DNA of 64,000 bases from an uncultured Gammaproteobacteria bacterium (GTDB taxonomy: Bacteria > Patescibacteriota > Microgenomatia > Levybacterales > UBA12049): positions 465,313 through 529,312 of the forward strand of contig CAZDOJ010000001.1 in assembly GCA_964507055.1 (NCBI GenBank), written 5' to 3'. The position numbers and the translations under genes were made by a program. The notes under the pieces are model-generated. The model was given only the letters and a program-made list of their open reading frames with translations, searched no databases and was not told the origin of the DNA. Below are positions 35,540 through 45,765 of the stretch, in pieces; the first letter of the stretch is position 1, and the number at the start of each line of letters is the position of its first letter.

Positions 35540-37666
35540 ATGACATTGGCAGTCATCTTGCTGACAGCATTTACTAATATACTGCTCGGAATAATTAGCT
35601 ATAAGAAGCAACCGAATAGTGCCACTAATCGATTACTTACTGCGCTAACTGTTATTTTTGCCCTCTGGACAGTCGCTAATTATTTTTCACTAAACTCATC
35701 CTCAGCGGACGCAACGCTATTTTGGATACGTGCTGTTATGTTTATTACGGCACCACTTGGTCCAACGCTTTATTTATTTATTAAAGCGTTCCCTCATCGT
35801 GAATTAGAGATCAATAAACCATTCCTTTATATATTAATTGGCTTAACTTTACTTGTTATGGGAATTGCATTTACCCCGCTAATCTTTTCAGGTGTAACAA
35901 TCACAGACCAAATCACCCCAACTCCAGCTCCTGGTATTGCCCTATTTGCACTTCTTTTTATGGGGCTTCCTATTATTGGAATCTTTGAGATTATTAAAAA
36001 ATATAAAAAAGCAGTTGGAGTCGAGAAGCAGCAACTAAAATTTCTGGTATTTGGAATAAGTCTCACATTTACTTTATTAATACTAACAAATTTTGTTTTT
36101 GTAGTACTTTTTAAACTTTCAAATCTTGTTATTTTCGGACCGATTTTTTCACTTATTTTTGTTGGATTTATTTTCTATGCAATTGTTAAACATCGTCTGT
36201 TAGCAATTCGATCTATTATTGCTCGGACGGTTACATATACTTTCCTTATTGCAGTACTTGCTTCAATTTATACACTTGGTGTTTTCTTTATTAGTAGATA
36301 TGTACTTCAGGAGGAATCAATAACGCAACAACGATTTACATCAGCACTTCTTGCAACATTTATTGTTTTAACATTTGAACCGATAAAAACAGCAGTACAA
36401 AAAGCTACCGATAGAGTCTTCTTCCGAGGGAAATATAATTCAGACGAACTCATCCTAGAACTAACTACAATTATTGCTTCAACATTTAAATTGAAAACAT
36501 TAACAACAAAAACAATGCAGAAGTTATTCTCTACTCTTCATATTGAAAAAGGATCATTTATCATTTATAGAAAACAACATAAGTTCTCAATCATAACTGA
36601 TGGTTATAAAAAAACTCCTACTTATAATAAAGAACTAATTCAACAAATATTTGCGTTACGAAGAATGGTAATCCTTGATGAGGAAAAAGATAAAGTTGTT
36701 AAACACCTTATGCAAAAATTGGGAATTGCTATTGCTGTTCCACTTTCAGAGAGAGAGCAAAATGAAGGATTACTCTTACTTGGGAATAAGAAATCAGGTG
36801 AAATATATACAGCACAAGATATAAAAGTACTTGAGATTTTTGGCCCAATTATTTCTATTGCGATACAGAATGCCAAAGCCTATGAAGAAATAAAAAGTTT
36901 TAATAAAACATTGAGTGACAAAATTACAATTGCAACAAAAGAACTACAAGAGTCTCACGTAAAATTACAAACACTCGATAAGCAAAAAGACAAATTTCTT
37001 GGAATGGCATCACACGAACTCAAAACGCCTATTACATCGATAAAAGCCTTTACTCAAGTTCTTTATAGAAGAGTTAATAAAGATGATCACCAAGAGTATG
37101 CTGCATTGCTAGAAAATATAAATACACAAACAGATAAAGTGACAAAACTGATTAATGATCTCTTAAATGTTAGCAATATCGAGGAAGGCAAACTTGTTTT
37201 AAAGAAAGAGATGTTTGATGCAAATGCATTAGCAGCAAAAACAATCTCAGATATCCAATACACAACAGACACACATCAAATTATTAAGGAAGGAAAGATC
37301 AAATCTCAAGTATTCGGTGATGCGGATCGTATATCACAAGTAATCGCAAACCTGTTAACAAATGCGATCAAGTACTCTCCAAAAGCCGATAAGCTTATTG
37401 TACGATTGGCTGAAGAGGGAAAGAATGCAGTATTTACTGTCCAAGATTTAGGACCTGGAATTGATAAGGAAGATCAAAACAAAATATTTGAACGCTTTTA
37501 TCGCACAAAAGAACACGAAGAAAGAAACATTGCAGGATTTGGACTTGGACTTTATATTGCATCGGAAATCGTCAAACGACACAAAGGAAAGATCTGGGTT
37601 ACCAGCAAAAAAGGCAAAGGTTCTGCTTTTAATTTTACAATCCCATTGTATAATCCCGCAAAATAA
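35540..37666 (+). CDS. Sensor histidine kinase with an N-terminal multi-TM sensor domain (orphan, no adjacent response regulator)
   Basis: 708 aa with an H-box SHELKTPITSIKAF and HATPase G-boxes (GFGLGLYIASEIVKRHKGKIWVTSKKGKGSAF). Confidence 0.85.
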   Translation: MTLAVILLTAFTNILLGIISYKKQPNSATNRLLTALTVIFALWTVANYFSLNSSSADATLFWIRAVMFITAPLGPTLYLFIKAFPHRELEINKPFLYILIGLTLLVMGIAFTPLIFSGVTITDQITPTPAPGIALFALLFMGLPIIGIFEIIKKYKKAVGVEKQQLKFLVFGISLTFTLLILTNFVFVVLFKLSNLVIFGPIFSLIFVGFIFYAIVKHRLLAIRSIIARTVTYTFLIAVLASIYTLGVFFISRYVLQEESITQQRFTSALLATFIVLTFEPIKTAVQKATDRVFFRGKYNSDELILELTTIIASTFKLKTLTTKTMQKLFSTLHIEKGSFIIYRKQHKFSIITDGYKKTPTYNKELIQQIFALRRMVILDEEKDKVVKHLMQKLGIAIAVPLSEREQNEGLLLLGNKKSGEIYTAQDIKVLEIFGPIISIAIQNAKAYEEIKSFNKTLSDKITIATKELQESHVKLQTLDKQKDKFLGMASHELKTPITSIKAFTQVLYRRVNKDDHQEYAALLENINTQTDKVTKLINDLLNVSNIEEGKLVLKKEMFDANALAAKTISDIQYTTDTHQIIKEGKIKSQVFGDADRISQVIANLLTNAIKYSPKADKLIVRLAEEGKNAVFTVQDLGPGIDKEDQNKIFERFYRTKEHEERNIAGFGLGLYIASEIVKRHKGKIWVTSKKGKGSAFNFTIPLYNPAK

Positions 37667-37717
37667 TTCTTACAGAAGACTAACCCACAAACTCAGCCGG
37701 AGTGATACAATAATCCT

Positions 37718-37927
37718 ATGAATATTTTAGAACGTCCAAAGAAAGGAAGAATAGTTGCAGGAGTCGCTGCAGCCATTGCAAACTACTTCCACATACGAGT
37801 TCTTTTTGTGAGAATTATCTGGATCCTTTTGTTTTTACCAGGAGGATTTCCTGGGCTTATTCCCTATCTTATTCTTTGGCTACTTATTCCATCAGAAAAA
37901 GACCACACTGAATCTGCAAAAGCATAA
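37718..37927 (+). CDS. PspC-domain membrane protein
   Basis: 69 aa (RIVAGVAAAIANYFHIRVLFVRIIWILL). Confidence 0.6.
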   Translation: MNILERPKKGRIVAGVAAAIANYFHIRVLFVRIIWILLFLPGGFPGLIPYLILWLLIPSEKDHTESAKA

Positions 37928-37963
37928 TCCCTTTAACTCAGCTTTTTATGCTATGATGCATCT

Positions 37964-38914
37964 ATGAAAAGTGATCCGAGAAAAGCATTCTTTATTATTA
38001 ACCCTGCAAGCGGTCAAGGCGATCCTAAGAAAAGAAAAACTGAAATAGTTCGAATTGCAAAATCGCTTGGATGGAACGGAAAGACATTACAAACCACCCG
38101 TACAAAAGATGCCAGCATATTAGCTGCACAAGCAATCAAAGAAGGTGCAAACCATATCGTTGTATGCGGTGGTGATGGAACAATCATGGAAGCATTACAA
38201 GCGGTCAGTAAAACCAAAGTAGTACTTGGTATCGTTCCATTAGGGACGGGAAACTTATTTGCACAAAATCTCGGATTACTGGGATCAAAAGACGATGCTA
38301 TTCGTCGAGCACTTTTTGGAGTTGTACAGAGAATTGATATCGGAAAAGTTAACGATACATTTTTTGCAATAATTGCAGGCATTGGTTTTGATGCCGAAAT
38401 TATGAAAGAAACAAATCGTAAACTGAAGAATAAATATGGATTCTTTGCATATCTCTTGAGTAGTGTAAAAGCATTTAATAAAAAATCGGGAGTATACGAG
38501 ATATCACTTGATAATAAGCCTTTCAAAAGATATAAAGCAAAAAGTATATTAGTTGCTAATATGGGGAAGATTCAAGCTGGAATTGAAGCTGTTCCACATG
38601 CACATCATCAAAGTGGAGTCCTCCATATAGCAGTCATTCAAGCGTCAACATTTCGTTCTTTCTTAAGTATCCTGGGAAATGCACTTTTGGGTAAAGTACA
38701 ACAGAGTCCACATTTTACACTCATGCAAGCAAAAACGATACAGATACGATCTCTTAAAGGAGCAAAATCTTATCAATGTGATGGAAATCATTTTCCCCCG
38801 ACTTCTTCCCTGTTTGTGGAGATATTTCCAAAATCAGTATCAATACTTGTTGAACCAAAGCTCAAACAAAAAGTGGGATCGACCAATATGTTCGCATCAT
38901 TGTTGCAATTTTAA
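37964..38914 (+). CDS. Diacylglycerol/lipid kinase (DAGK_cat; YegS/BmrU-like)
   Basis: FFIINPASGQG, VVCGGDGTIMEAL, GIVPLGTGNLFA. Confidence 0.8.
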   Translation: MKSDPRKAFFIINPASGQGDPKKRKTEIVRIAKSLGWNGKTLQTTRTKDASILAAQAIKEGANHIVVCGGDGTIMEALQAVSKTKVVLGIVPLGTGNLFAQNLGLLGSKDDAIRRALFGVVQRIDIGKVNDTFFAIIAGIGFDAEIMKETNRKLKNKYGFFAYLLSSVKAFNKKSGVYEISLDNKPFKRYKAKSILVANMGKIQAGIEAVPHAHHQSGVLHIAVIQASTFRSFLSILGNALLGKVQQSPHFTLMQAKTIQIRSLKGAKSYQCDGNHFPPTSSLFVEIFPKSVSILVEPKLKQKVGSTNMFASLLQF

Positions 38915-38941
38915 AATTTGCATGTATACTAGCCTTAGACT

Positions 38942-39175
38942 ATGTATTATTCACACCCTTGTTCATATTGCGGAAAGATATTCTACACATATAACAGTGA
39001 CCGAAGCAAGGCTGCAGAAACCCTCTACTATGGAATAAAAAAACATCTTGTAGATTATGGTGAAGACGCGAAAGAGCATGAGCTTGACGATGGTCCTTCA
39101 ATGGATGTTGCACAGATAGATGCATCGATGACCGAATTAGCTGCTGCTCCAGCTGGCGGATACGAACTCAAATAG
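38942..39175 (+). CDS. Small hypothetical protein with an N-terminal CxxC
   Basis: 77 aa. Its 3' end overlaps the convergent GT1 gene by 8 nt. Confidence 0.3.
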   Translation: MYYSHPCSYCGKIFYTYNSDRSKAAETLYYGIKKHLVDYGEDAKEHELDDGPSMDVAQIDASMTELAAAPAGGYELK

Positions 39176-40379
39176 CAGCATGCTGTTTTCTTTGAGTAGA
39201 TTCATACGCAATTAAAATCTCTGCAGCCTTTTTATAACCTCCACCTTTATATTGAGTCTTGGCGATTGCTGTCGCATTGGATTTATAGGTACTATCTTGT
39301 AAAACCTTTTGGGTAAAGGCATGCAGTTGGTCAGGAGTGACTTTATCTTTCTTAAGAAATATTCCTGCACCAAGTTGTGCAACTCGATGTGCATTGAGTT
39401 GTTGTTCAGCCGTAAAAGGTACCAGAAGCATAGGCACACTGTTATACAGTGCTTCGGTAATACTATTCATTCCCGCATGCGTGATAAAAACATCTGCCTT
39501 CTTTAACACTTCTAATTGGGGAATATGATTTTTGATAATAAAGTTCGAAGGAACTGCCAATAAATCTTTCTTTGTAAACGTATTTCCTAATGACATGATT
39601 ACTTGATACGGTTTATCTGCGAAGGCATGAATACATTTGTGGTAGAAGTTCAAATCTTGGTTGAAGATTGTACCCGTTGATATATAGATAATCTTTTTTT
39701 GTTTATTTAATTTTTCTATAAAATCTGTTTTTTCATTTCTGGTTTGTATCGATGATCCAACAAAATGAAATGACGCGTCAAATGAAGTGACATATGGTTG
39801 GAAATATGAAGATGTAAAAACGATATTACAGGCTTCTTCATTGCATAAAAATTCATTAACCGATCGAGCTTTAAACCCATATATTCGTGCAAGCTTACGG
39901 TATTTATGCATTGTCTTTACGAGAGTACTTCCAGTTAAAAGTGAGCCGAGTAAAGCTTTGGTGTAGACACGAGTATTGCTCATGATAACTCGCTTATTAA
40001 ATGCAAGCGTTGTATAAAAAGTCGCTGCAGGTATAGATAATGCTGTACTTACTACCTTGCCCCACAATGCAACCGCATCATAAATAATACAATCAACCTG
40101 TTGATCTTTTACTTCATCGATAAGCTGATCTACTAATTGTTCTGTAAAATCAACGATTTTCTCCCCAAGCAAAGCCATATTGCGACTTATTCGAGCATCG
40201 ACAAATTCATCGACTGGATAAGAACGATATATTGCTCCTGCTGCTTTCACTTTTGCTTCAAACTCTGGTGTGGAATAATAAATAACTTTATGACCTTTTG
40301 CCACGAGCTCAGCTGCGACACTAAGTGTCGGATTGGTATGACCATGTGCAGGAAGAGAAAATATTATAAATATTTTCAT
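39168..40379 (-). CDS. UDP-glycosyltransferase, GT1 (MGT / OleD-like)
   Basis: N-terminal HGHTNP, and a C-terminal ITHAGMNSITEALYNSVPMLLVPFTAEQQLNA. Confidence 0.8.
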   Translation of the reverse strand: MKIFIIFSLPAHGHTNPTLSVAAELVAKGHKVIYYSTPEFEAKVKAAGAIYRSYPVDEFVDARISRNMALLGEKIVDFTEQLVDQLIDEVKDQQVDCIIYDAVALWGKVVSTALSIPAATFYTTLAFNKRVIMSNTRVYTKALLGSLLTGSTLVKTMHKYRKLARIYGFKARSVNEFLCNEEACNIVFTSSYFQPYVTSFDASFHFVGSSIQTRNEKTDFIEKLNKQKKIIYISTGTIFNQDLNFYHKCIHAFADKPYQVIMSLGNTFTKKDLLAVPSNFIIKNHIPQLEVLKKADVFITHAGMNSITEALYNSVPMLLVPFTAEQQLNAHRVAQLGAGIFLKKDKVTPDQLHAFTQKVLQDSTYKSNATAIAKTQYKGGGYKKAAEILIAYESTQRKQHAAI

Positions 40380-40396
40380 TTCTTTAACATTATAGC

Positions 40397-40681
40397 TTAT
40401 TCTCGCTCAACAGTAATTGTACATTCGACAACTAATGCTGCGATTGCTGCTACTCCTGCCAAAACCGGTGCGATTGCGACTCCAACGACACCAAGAGTTA
40501 ATGGGAAAACGACAAGCACTTTTCCATTTTTATCTTTGATAGTTATTTTACGAATATTGCCTTCTTTAATAAGTTCTTTTACCTTTTTGAGGAGGTTTTC
40601 TCCATTAACTTCAAATGACTCTTCCTTTTTTGATTTATCCTTATTTTCTGTTTTTGCTTTTGCAACTGGCATAGATATCAC
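40397..40681 (-). CDS. DUF4342-domain protein
   Basis: ..LLKKVKELIKEGNIRKITIKDKNGKVLVVFPLTLGVVGVAIAPVLA.. Confidence 0.55.
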   Translation of the reverse strand: MISMPVAKAKTENKDKSKKEESFEVNGENLLKKVKELIKEGNIRKITIKDKNGKVLVVFPLTLGVVGVAIAPVLAGVAAIAALVVECTITVERE

Positions 40682-40766
40682 CCCCTCTCAGACATCTATT
40701 GTATCACTCATTTGTTGAAAAATTGTTATTCTCATCCATGTATCGTATAATAGTTAAGCCCATATT

Positions 40767-41984
40767 GTGAAAATCGGAATATTTACAGATGCTTATTTGC
40801 CATTACCAACAGGTGTAGCAACCGCTGTTGATAGAACTGCTCGTGCTCTAGAGAAAAGAGGACATGAAGTTACTATTATTGCTCCAAGCATGCCAGGTTA
40901 TATAGATACTGATAATCATATCTATAGACTTCCTTCAGTCAGATTTTTATCTACAGGTTCAAGAGCCGGTATACATGTTCCTAATAAAACTTTTTTACAA
41001 ATCCTCAATAAAGATTTCGATATTGTTCATGCCTACAATGGAGGCTCGGTAAGTCTTCTTGCATGGGAAATTGCCAAGGCAAAACGAATTCCATATGTAT
41101 TTACGTATTGTACGCTGCTTGTGCAATATAAACATTATTTAGGACAATGGTTGGGTAATGAAGCCTTTATGCGTATGCTCAGTAGAGTTATCTGTAATTA
41201 CAGTGACTATCTTATTGTTCCAACAGAAGCTGTGAAGCACGAACTCATAGAATATGGCGTTACCAAACCTATGCATGCACATCCAACAGGAATTGAACTG
41301 AATCTTTATAAAGGGAGGAAAAAAGGTTGGATTAGAAAACAGCTAGATTTAGAAAAAGATACAAAAATACTTCTTCATGTTGGAAGACTTGGGAAAGAAA
41401 AAGCAATTGATTTTATCATCGACGCATTTGGAGAAATTCAAAAAAAAGTCTCTAATAGTGTGCTTGTTTTGGTGGGAGAAGGAACTGATAAAGATTTATT
41501 ACAAGATCAAATTGATAACGCAGGGCTTCATGACAAAGTTCACTTCCTTGGAGTCTTTCCTCCAGAAGAATTACCAAATATTTATACCGATGCTGATCTT
41601 TTCTTATTTGCTTCACAAACAGAAACACAAGGCCTAGTAATCCTGGAATCACTTGCGTCTTCACTCCCAATAGTCGCCGTGCAAGACAAAGTATTTAATG
41701 GCATTCTTGTTGATGGAAAAAATAGTTATTTAGTAAAAAAAGATGTGAAGCAATACACAGCAAAAGTAGTAAAGCTCCTTACTGATGAAAAGCTCCGGCA
41801 AGAATTTGCAGACCAGAGCTTGCAATCAGCACAACAATTTTCGATTGAAAAAACGGCAATTGAATTAGAAACGATTTTTGAAGAACTTATTAAACAATTT
41901 GAAACTACCCCACCGAGTTACAGAAGAAGATATCTTAATAAATTTCAAAACCTCATGAAGCCATTTTTATTAGCGAGAAAATAA
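40767..41984 (+). CDS. Glycosyltransferase family 4
   Basis: GTG start 9 nt after TATAAT (TTGTTA-17-TATAAT). EX7E motif ASQTETQGLVILESLASSLPIVA. Confidence 0.8.
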   Translation: MKIGIFTDAYLPLPTGVATAVDRTARALEKRGHEVTIIAPSMPGYIDTDNHIYRLPSVRFLSTGSRAGIHVPNKTFLQILNKDFDIVHAYNGGSVSLLAWEIAKAKRIPYVFTYCTLLVQYKHYLGQWLGNEAFMRMLSRVICNYSDYLIVPTEAVKHELIEYGVTKPMHAHPTGIELNLYKGRKKGWIRKQLDLEKDTKILLHVGRLGKEKAIDFIIDAFGEIQKKVSNSVLVLVGEGTDKDLLQDQIDNAGLHDKVHFLGVFPPEELPNIYTDADLFLFASQTETQGLVILESLASSLPIVAVQDKVFNGILVDGKNSYLVKKDVKQYTAKVVKLLTDEKLRQEFADQSLQSAQQFSIEKTAIELETIFEELIKQFETTPPSYRRRYLNKFQNLMKPFLLARK

Positions 41985-42043
41985 CATAGAGCTTCTAGAA
42001 TCTAGCTTGACATAGATTCTATGCTTATATATTCTAAATAGAG

Positions 42044-42706
42044 ATGACTTTAATATTTTGTATCATTTTCTTTCTATATCTACGTTTCTTAAATAAATAT
42101 CTTTTTAAAGGGAAATTAATAGATCATCCCCAAATAAACAAGCAGGTTCGTCTTTCCGTAATAATTGGCTTTGTTCTCATAATAGTGAGATTTACTCCTC
42201 TTGTAGGCTTTGAACCAGTCAGTATGTTTCTCGATAATACAAATATTCCTTCCATACTCATTTTTGATTTTATAATTGTTCCTATATTTTTCACTTTTGT
42301 TATTTCCAGTATATTCTTCTTGCCTAAAAACAATTACAAACTTTACTACTTTATTATAGTATTAATCCCTTTTATTATATTTTGGCCTAAGAATCAGCAA
42401 AATATATACTGTAAAGTAGAACTGCCGGCAAATAATGCAATTAGAACATGGAAAGGAGAAGAAGCACGATTTGTTCTTGTAGATCGTGATTCAAATACAG
42501 CAACGTATCAAATTTATGATATAAAAACAGACAAGCTTCTTATAGAAAAAATCAGTTTTTCAGAATTTATTGATCAGAATTCATGTAGAGGATTTTCACA
42601 TGATTGGTTATGTTCAGGTGTTGTAATAACAAAATGTGAAACTCCTAAAGATATTGCTAATTTTAACGAAGTTTGGTTTGGCTCTCCAGTACTAGAAGAA
42701 CATTAG
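42044..42706 (+). CDS. Very AT-rich membrane protein, hypothetical
   Basis: 220 aa with an N-terminal TM cluster. An 8-bp inverted repeat flanks the -35 TTGACA upstream (41997-42020). Confidence 0.4.
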   Translation: MTLIFCIIFFLYLRFLNKYLFKGKLIDHPQINKQVRLSVIIGFVLIIVRFTPLVGFEPVSMFLDNTNIPSILIFDFIIVPIFFTFVISSIFFLPKNNYKLYYFIIVLIPFIIFWPKNQQNIYCKVELPANNAIRTWKGEEARFVLVDRDSNTATYQIYDIKTDKLLIEKISFSEFIDQNSCRGFSHDWLCSGVVITKCETPKDIANFNEVWFGSPVLEEH

Positions 42707-43245
42707 ACTTGCTCGAGAAGACGCCAATTATGCGAGACATATGGCTCACTGCAAAGATTACGATTAAAACAACAAGGACGTCTCATTCCTTTGTTGAGTT
42801 TATCGAGTGCAACTTCTATATGCTTTTGACGAGTCTCCGATGTTTTAACAGCACGTATCCAACGAATCCAATCCCACCGAGCCATCGGCGTAATATCCTT
42901 CCATAAATCTTCAGCCTTTTTGGAACTCGCTAAAGCTTTTTTCAAATCTTCGGGGACCTCAGGCTCTATCCATTCTTTGGTCGGTTCAAGCGAAACCTCT
43001 ACTGTATCACCTGCGGAAACTTTTGCTTGTTTAAGCAAATCTTCATCTGGCCTGAACCAATGGCTAGGTGTAAGTCCAGGACCGTATGTGCCATCTGGTT
43101 CGAGCAAAGTTTTAAAAATTATACCATTAAGCTTTCCTGCAACCATTATCATCCCTCTTGATGGAAGCTTCGCAGAAGCATCCTCAGGTAGTCTGAGAAT
43201 TGTCCAAGATTTGATTGTAAGGAGCTTTGTTTCAAAAGTAATCAT
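42703..43245 (-). CDS. DUF1905 plus YdeI/OmpD-associated domain protein
   Basis: N-terminus ..LPSRGMIMVAGKLNG.. and C-terminus ..WDWIRWIRAVKTSETRQKHIEVALDKL.. Confidence 0.65.
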   Translation of the reverse strand: MITFETKLLTIKSWTILRLPEDASAKLPSRGMIMVAGKLNGIIFKTLLEPDGTYGPGLTPSHWFRPDEDLLKQAKVSAGDTVEVSLEPTKEWIEPEVPEDLKKALASSKKAEDLWKDITPMARWDWIRWIRAVKTSETRQKHIEVALDKLNKGMRRPCCFNRNLCSEPYVSHNWRLLEQV

Positions 43246-43316
43246 ATTGTTATTTTACCAAACTTTTTAAATTTCCTCTTTTTCTTATCACTTTTCTTTC
43301 AAAAATAAAAAACTTT

Positions 43317-43733
43317 CTATAAGTTTTTTTTCGCGTGATCGTATGATGCTTGAATAAGTTTTTTAAGAATATGTACATCTACATCTGAGAGTCTATTAAT
43401 ATATATACAAGCTTTACTCGTTTTATGCTTGCCTAATTCATTCAGTAAATCTTGATTATTTTCATTCCCTTCCATTGCATAGATAGTTAAATTCTGTTTT
43501 CTTGGAGAAAAACCTGCCAAAGGCCAATCTGCTTCTTGAGAACTATTTTTGGATTTAAAATGATATTTGCCAAAACCCACAATACTCGTCCCCCACATAA
43601 CTGCTTTTTCACCAGTAATTTCTTGCATCATTTTTAGAATTTCAAAGCTATCTCGTCTCTTTTGCTCAGGCTCGATTGTATTTAGGAATTCCTGAGGATC
43701 TTGATTTGTAGATTTTGTTTTGGGTTCCGCCAT
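43317..43733 (-). CDS. DUF1801 (YdhG-like) protein
   Basis: 138 aa (..AVMWGTSIVGFGKYHFKS..). Confidence 0.55.
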   Translation of the reverse strand: MAEPKTKSTNQDPQEFLNTIEPEQKRRDSFEILKMMQEITGEKAVMWGTSIVGFGKYHFKSKNSSQEADWPLAGFSPRKQNLTIYAMEGNENNQDLLNELGKHKTSKACIYINRLSDVDVHILKKLIQASYDHAKKNL

Positions 43734-43848
43734 AAAGAAATTATAGCAGATTGAGGCTAAAGATTGTTATCAATCCGTGTTGCCAGGAGTTATACGCGAT
43801 AACAATTGCCACGCTCGAGTGAACTCAATCTACACTTTTTAATTGTAT

Positions 43849-43870
43849 AAAAAAAGCCCCTTTCGGAGCT
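43849..43870 (-). terminator. Terminator downstream of tRNA-His (AGCUCC-GAAA-GGGGCU plus U-run on the minus strand)
   Basis: Seen in sequence. GNRA-type tetraloop hairpin followed by a U7 run. Confidence 0.45.
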
Positions 43871-43883
43871 TCTTTTATTAATG

Positions 43884-43956
43884 GGTAGCTGACGGGAATC
43901 GGACCCGCGACATTCAGTACCACAAACTGACGCTCTACCACTGAGCTACAGCCACC
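43884..43956 (-). tRNA. tRNA-His (anticodon GTG) with G-1
   Basis: Reverse complement: extra 5' G pairing with discriminator C, anticodon stem TCAGT/ACTGA, loop TTGTGGT. Confidence 0.85.
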
Positions 43957-44025
43957 ATTTAGTACAGTTAAGTATACCAATTTTTAAAGCAAGTTTAAAG
44001 TACTAACTTATAGTATAATACTCTT

Positions 44026-44583
44026 ATGAAAGAAGGATTTATTGGTGGACCGACAGGCGGCATACCAGAAGCTGTTTTTCAACCAAACTTTGGCAAGCAA
44101 TTATTTAGAGGTGCTTCGGGAGCTCAACTTAGAGGCGAAGTTCAACCGCGTTCGATGGGAATATTTACACTTGATCAGGCTGGACTTGCTCAAAGAAGAT
44201 TTTATGGAAATGTTACTCATGATGGACATATTGGAATGAATATCCAAAATAAAGGATTATATGGTAACGAAGATCGACATCCGGATATCTATGCCGGAAA
44301 GATTGCTGAAAGATTCCTTCAATATATTAAAGCTAATGGAATTGATATTCATGCGATCGATGGCAGTTGGAGACCCTCAGGAGATAATTATAAAATGTTT
44401 ATTGATTATTTAGCCAAAGTCTCACAGAAAAAGCCTTTAACAGCTGATGATCAATTAGATGCAGCCAAACAAACATGGACTGGCAGATTGGCTACAAAAC
44501 TAGGATATTCTGAAGTTGTAATAAACGGAGATTGGAATAGCTCTACTATAATAAAAGCGTCCTTTACAAAACTTCACAGCTAG
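44026..44583 (+). CDS. Hypothetical protein (leaderless-type promoter TATAAT 8 nt upstream)
   Basis: 185 aa, GC-richer, with no recognisable motif. Confidence 0.45.
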   Translation: MKEGFIGGPTGGIPEAVFQPNFGKQLFRGASGAQLRGEVQPRSMGIFTLDQAGLAQRRFYGNVTHDGHIGMNIQNKGLYGNEDRHPDIYAGKIAERFLQYIKANGIDIHAIDGSWRPSGDNYKMFIDYLAKVSQKKPLTADDQLDAAKQTWTGRLATKLGYSEVVINGDWNSSTIIKASFTKLHS

Positions 44584-45381
44584 TTAGAATCGTGTTTCAA
44601 GGATTTTGATTGGTAAATCGGTAAGACCTAACTTTGTTACAATTTTTCGCACAGAACTTGTTTGACCTGTTGTATAAATATCATAGAACCGCTCATTACT
44701 TTTTGAAGCAATTTGATTATTATCAAGAATCTGTTTGGCTCTCCGAGCAATTGCAGCACCCGAATCCAACAAGTGGACACCTTTACCTAAATGTTCTTGT
44801 ATTGCTGTGGCTATCAATGGATAGTGCGTGCATCCTAGAGCTAGAGTATCAATCTTTTCTTTCTTAAATTTTTCTAAAACTTCTTCGAGCTTTTGATCAA
44901 TTGCTTCTCCATAAGTTGTACCATTTTCAATAAGCGGAACTAATCCATCGGTGCCATAATTAAAAACTTTACAACCATTTCCAAATTTTTCAATAACTTT
45001 TTTATGGTAATCGCTTTTTGCGGTCTGTGAAGTCGAAAGAATTCCTATACGTTTGTTAATTGTGATTTCTGCCGCTGTTTTAACAACCGGTATTGCACCA
45101 ACAATTGGAAGATGCGGATAATCTTTTCGCAATTGGTCTATACAATTTACGGTAATCGTATTACATGCAACGACAATCAGTTTTACTTCCTTTTTTATCA
45201 AAAAGTTAATGAGAACCTTTGCTAGAGTATAAATTTCATTAGGTGATTTAGCACCATACGGAGTATTCTTAGAATCTCCAATATAGATAATTGACTCCTT
45301 AGGTAGTAACGCCATGATCTCTTTCGTGACGGTTAATCCTCCAATTCCTGAATCTAAAATGCCAATAGGTTTATCATTCAT
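44584..45381 (-). CDS. murI: Glutamate racemase
   Basis: GIGGLTV, VVACNTIT, GCTHYPL. Confidence 0.9.
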   Translation of the reverse strand: MNDKPIGILDSGIGGLTVTKEIMALLPKESIIYIGDSKNTPYGAKSPNEIYTLAKVLINFLIKKEVKLIVVACNTITVNCIDQLRKDYPHLPIVGAIPVVKTAAEITINKRIGILSTSQTAKSDYHKKVIEKFGNGCKVFNYGTDGLVPLIENGTTYGEAIDQKLEEVLEKFKKEKIDTLALGCTHYPLIATAIQEHLGKGVHLLDSGAAIARRAKQILDNNQIASKSNERFYDIYTTGQTSSVRKIVTKLGLTDLPIKILETRF

Positions 45382-45426
45382 GAGGTGAGTTATTATTGCA
45401 TTTTATTGGAATAGTTGTCAAAATAA

Positions 45427-45762
45427 TTGCAGAGCCGTATGAAACAACAAATACATGCACCAGAAATGTTCAAATGGGTTTTAGGATTTTTTATACTCCT
45501 ATGGCTTGCAGGGTTTATACAAATCCCACTTTTTAATACTCCCCTCTTTCATGTCTTTGGTCGAGCTTTTACTGTCCATCATTTATTGATTCTTTTGATT
45601 CTAGGATACGCTATCAGGTATTTACCTGGTATTTTGCAAACAATTGTTGCAATATTTACAGGTATTTGGCTGCTTTCAACATTTATTTTTCCTGCCATTG
45701 GAGGAATTGTATATATCCTATTAATAATCCTCGTCCTATATTTACTTTTTTCTTTTATCTAG
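45427..45762 (+). CDS. Small multi-TM membrane protein, hypothetical
   Basis: 111 aa, hydrophobic. Confidence 0.4.
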   Translation: MQSRMKQQIHAPEMFKWVLGFFILLWLAGFIQIPLFNTPLFHVFGRAFTVHHLLILLILGYAIRYLPGILQTIVAIFTGIWLLSTFIFPAIGGIVYILLIILVLYLLFSFI

Positions 45763-45765
45763 GTC

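Noticed and set aside
40137-40718. 193-aa plus-strand ORF
   Set aside because: It is antisense across the GT1 start and the whole DUF4342 gene and has no signals.
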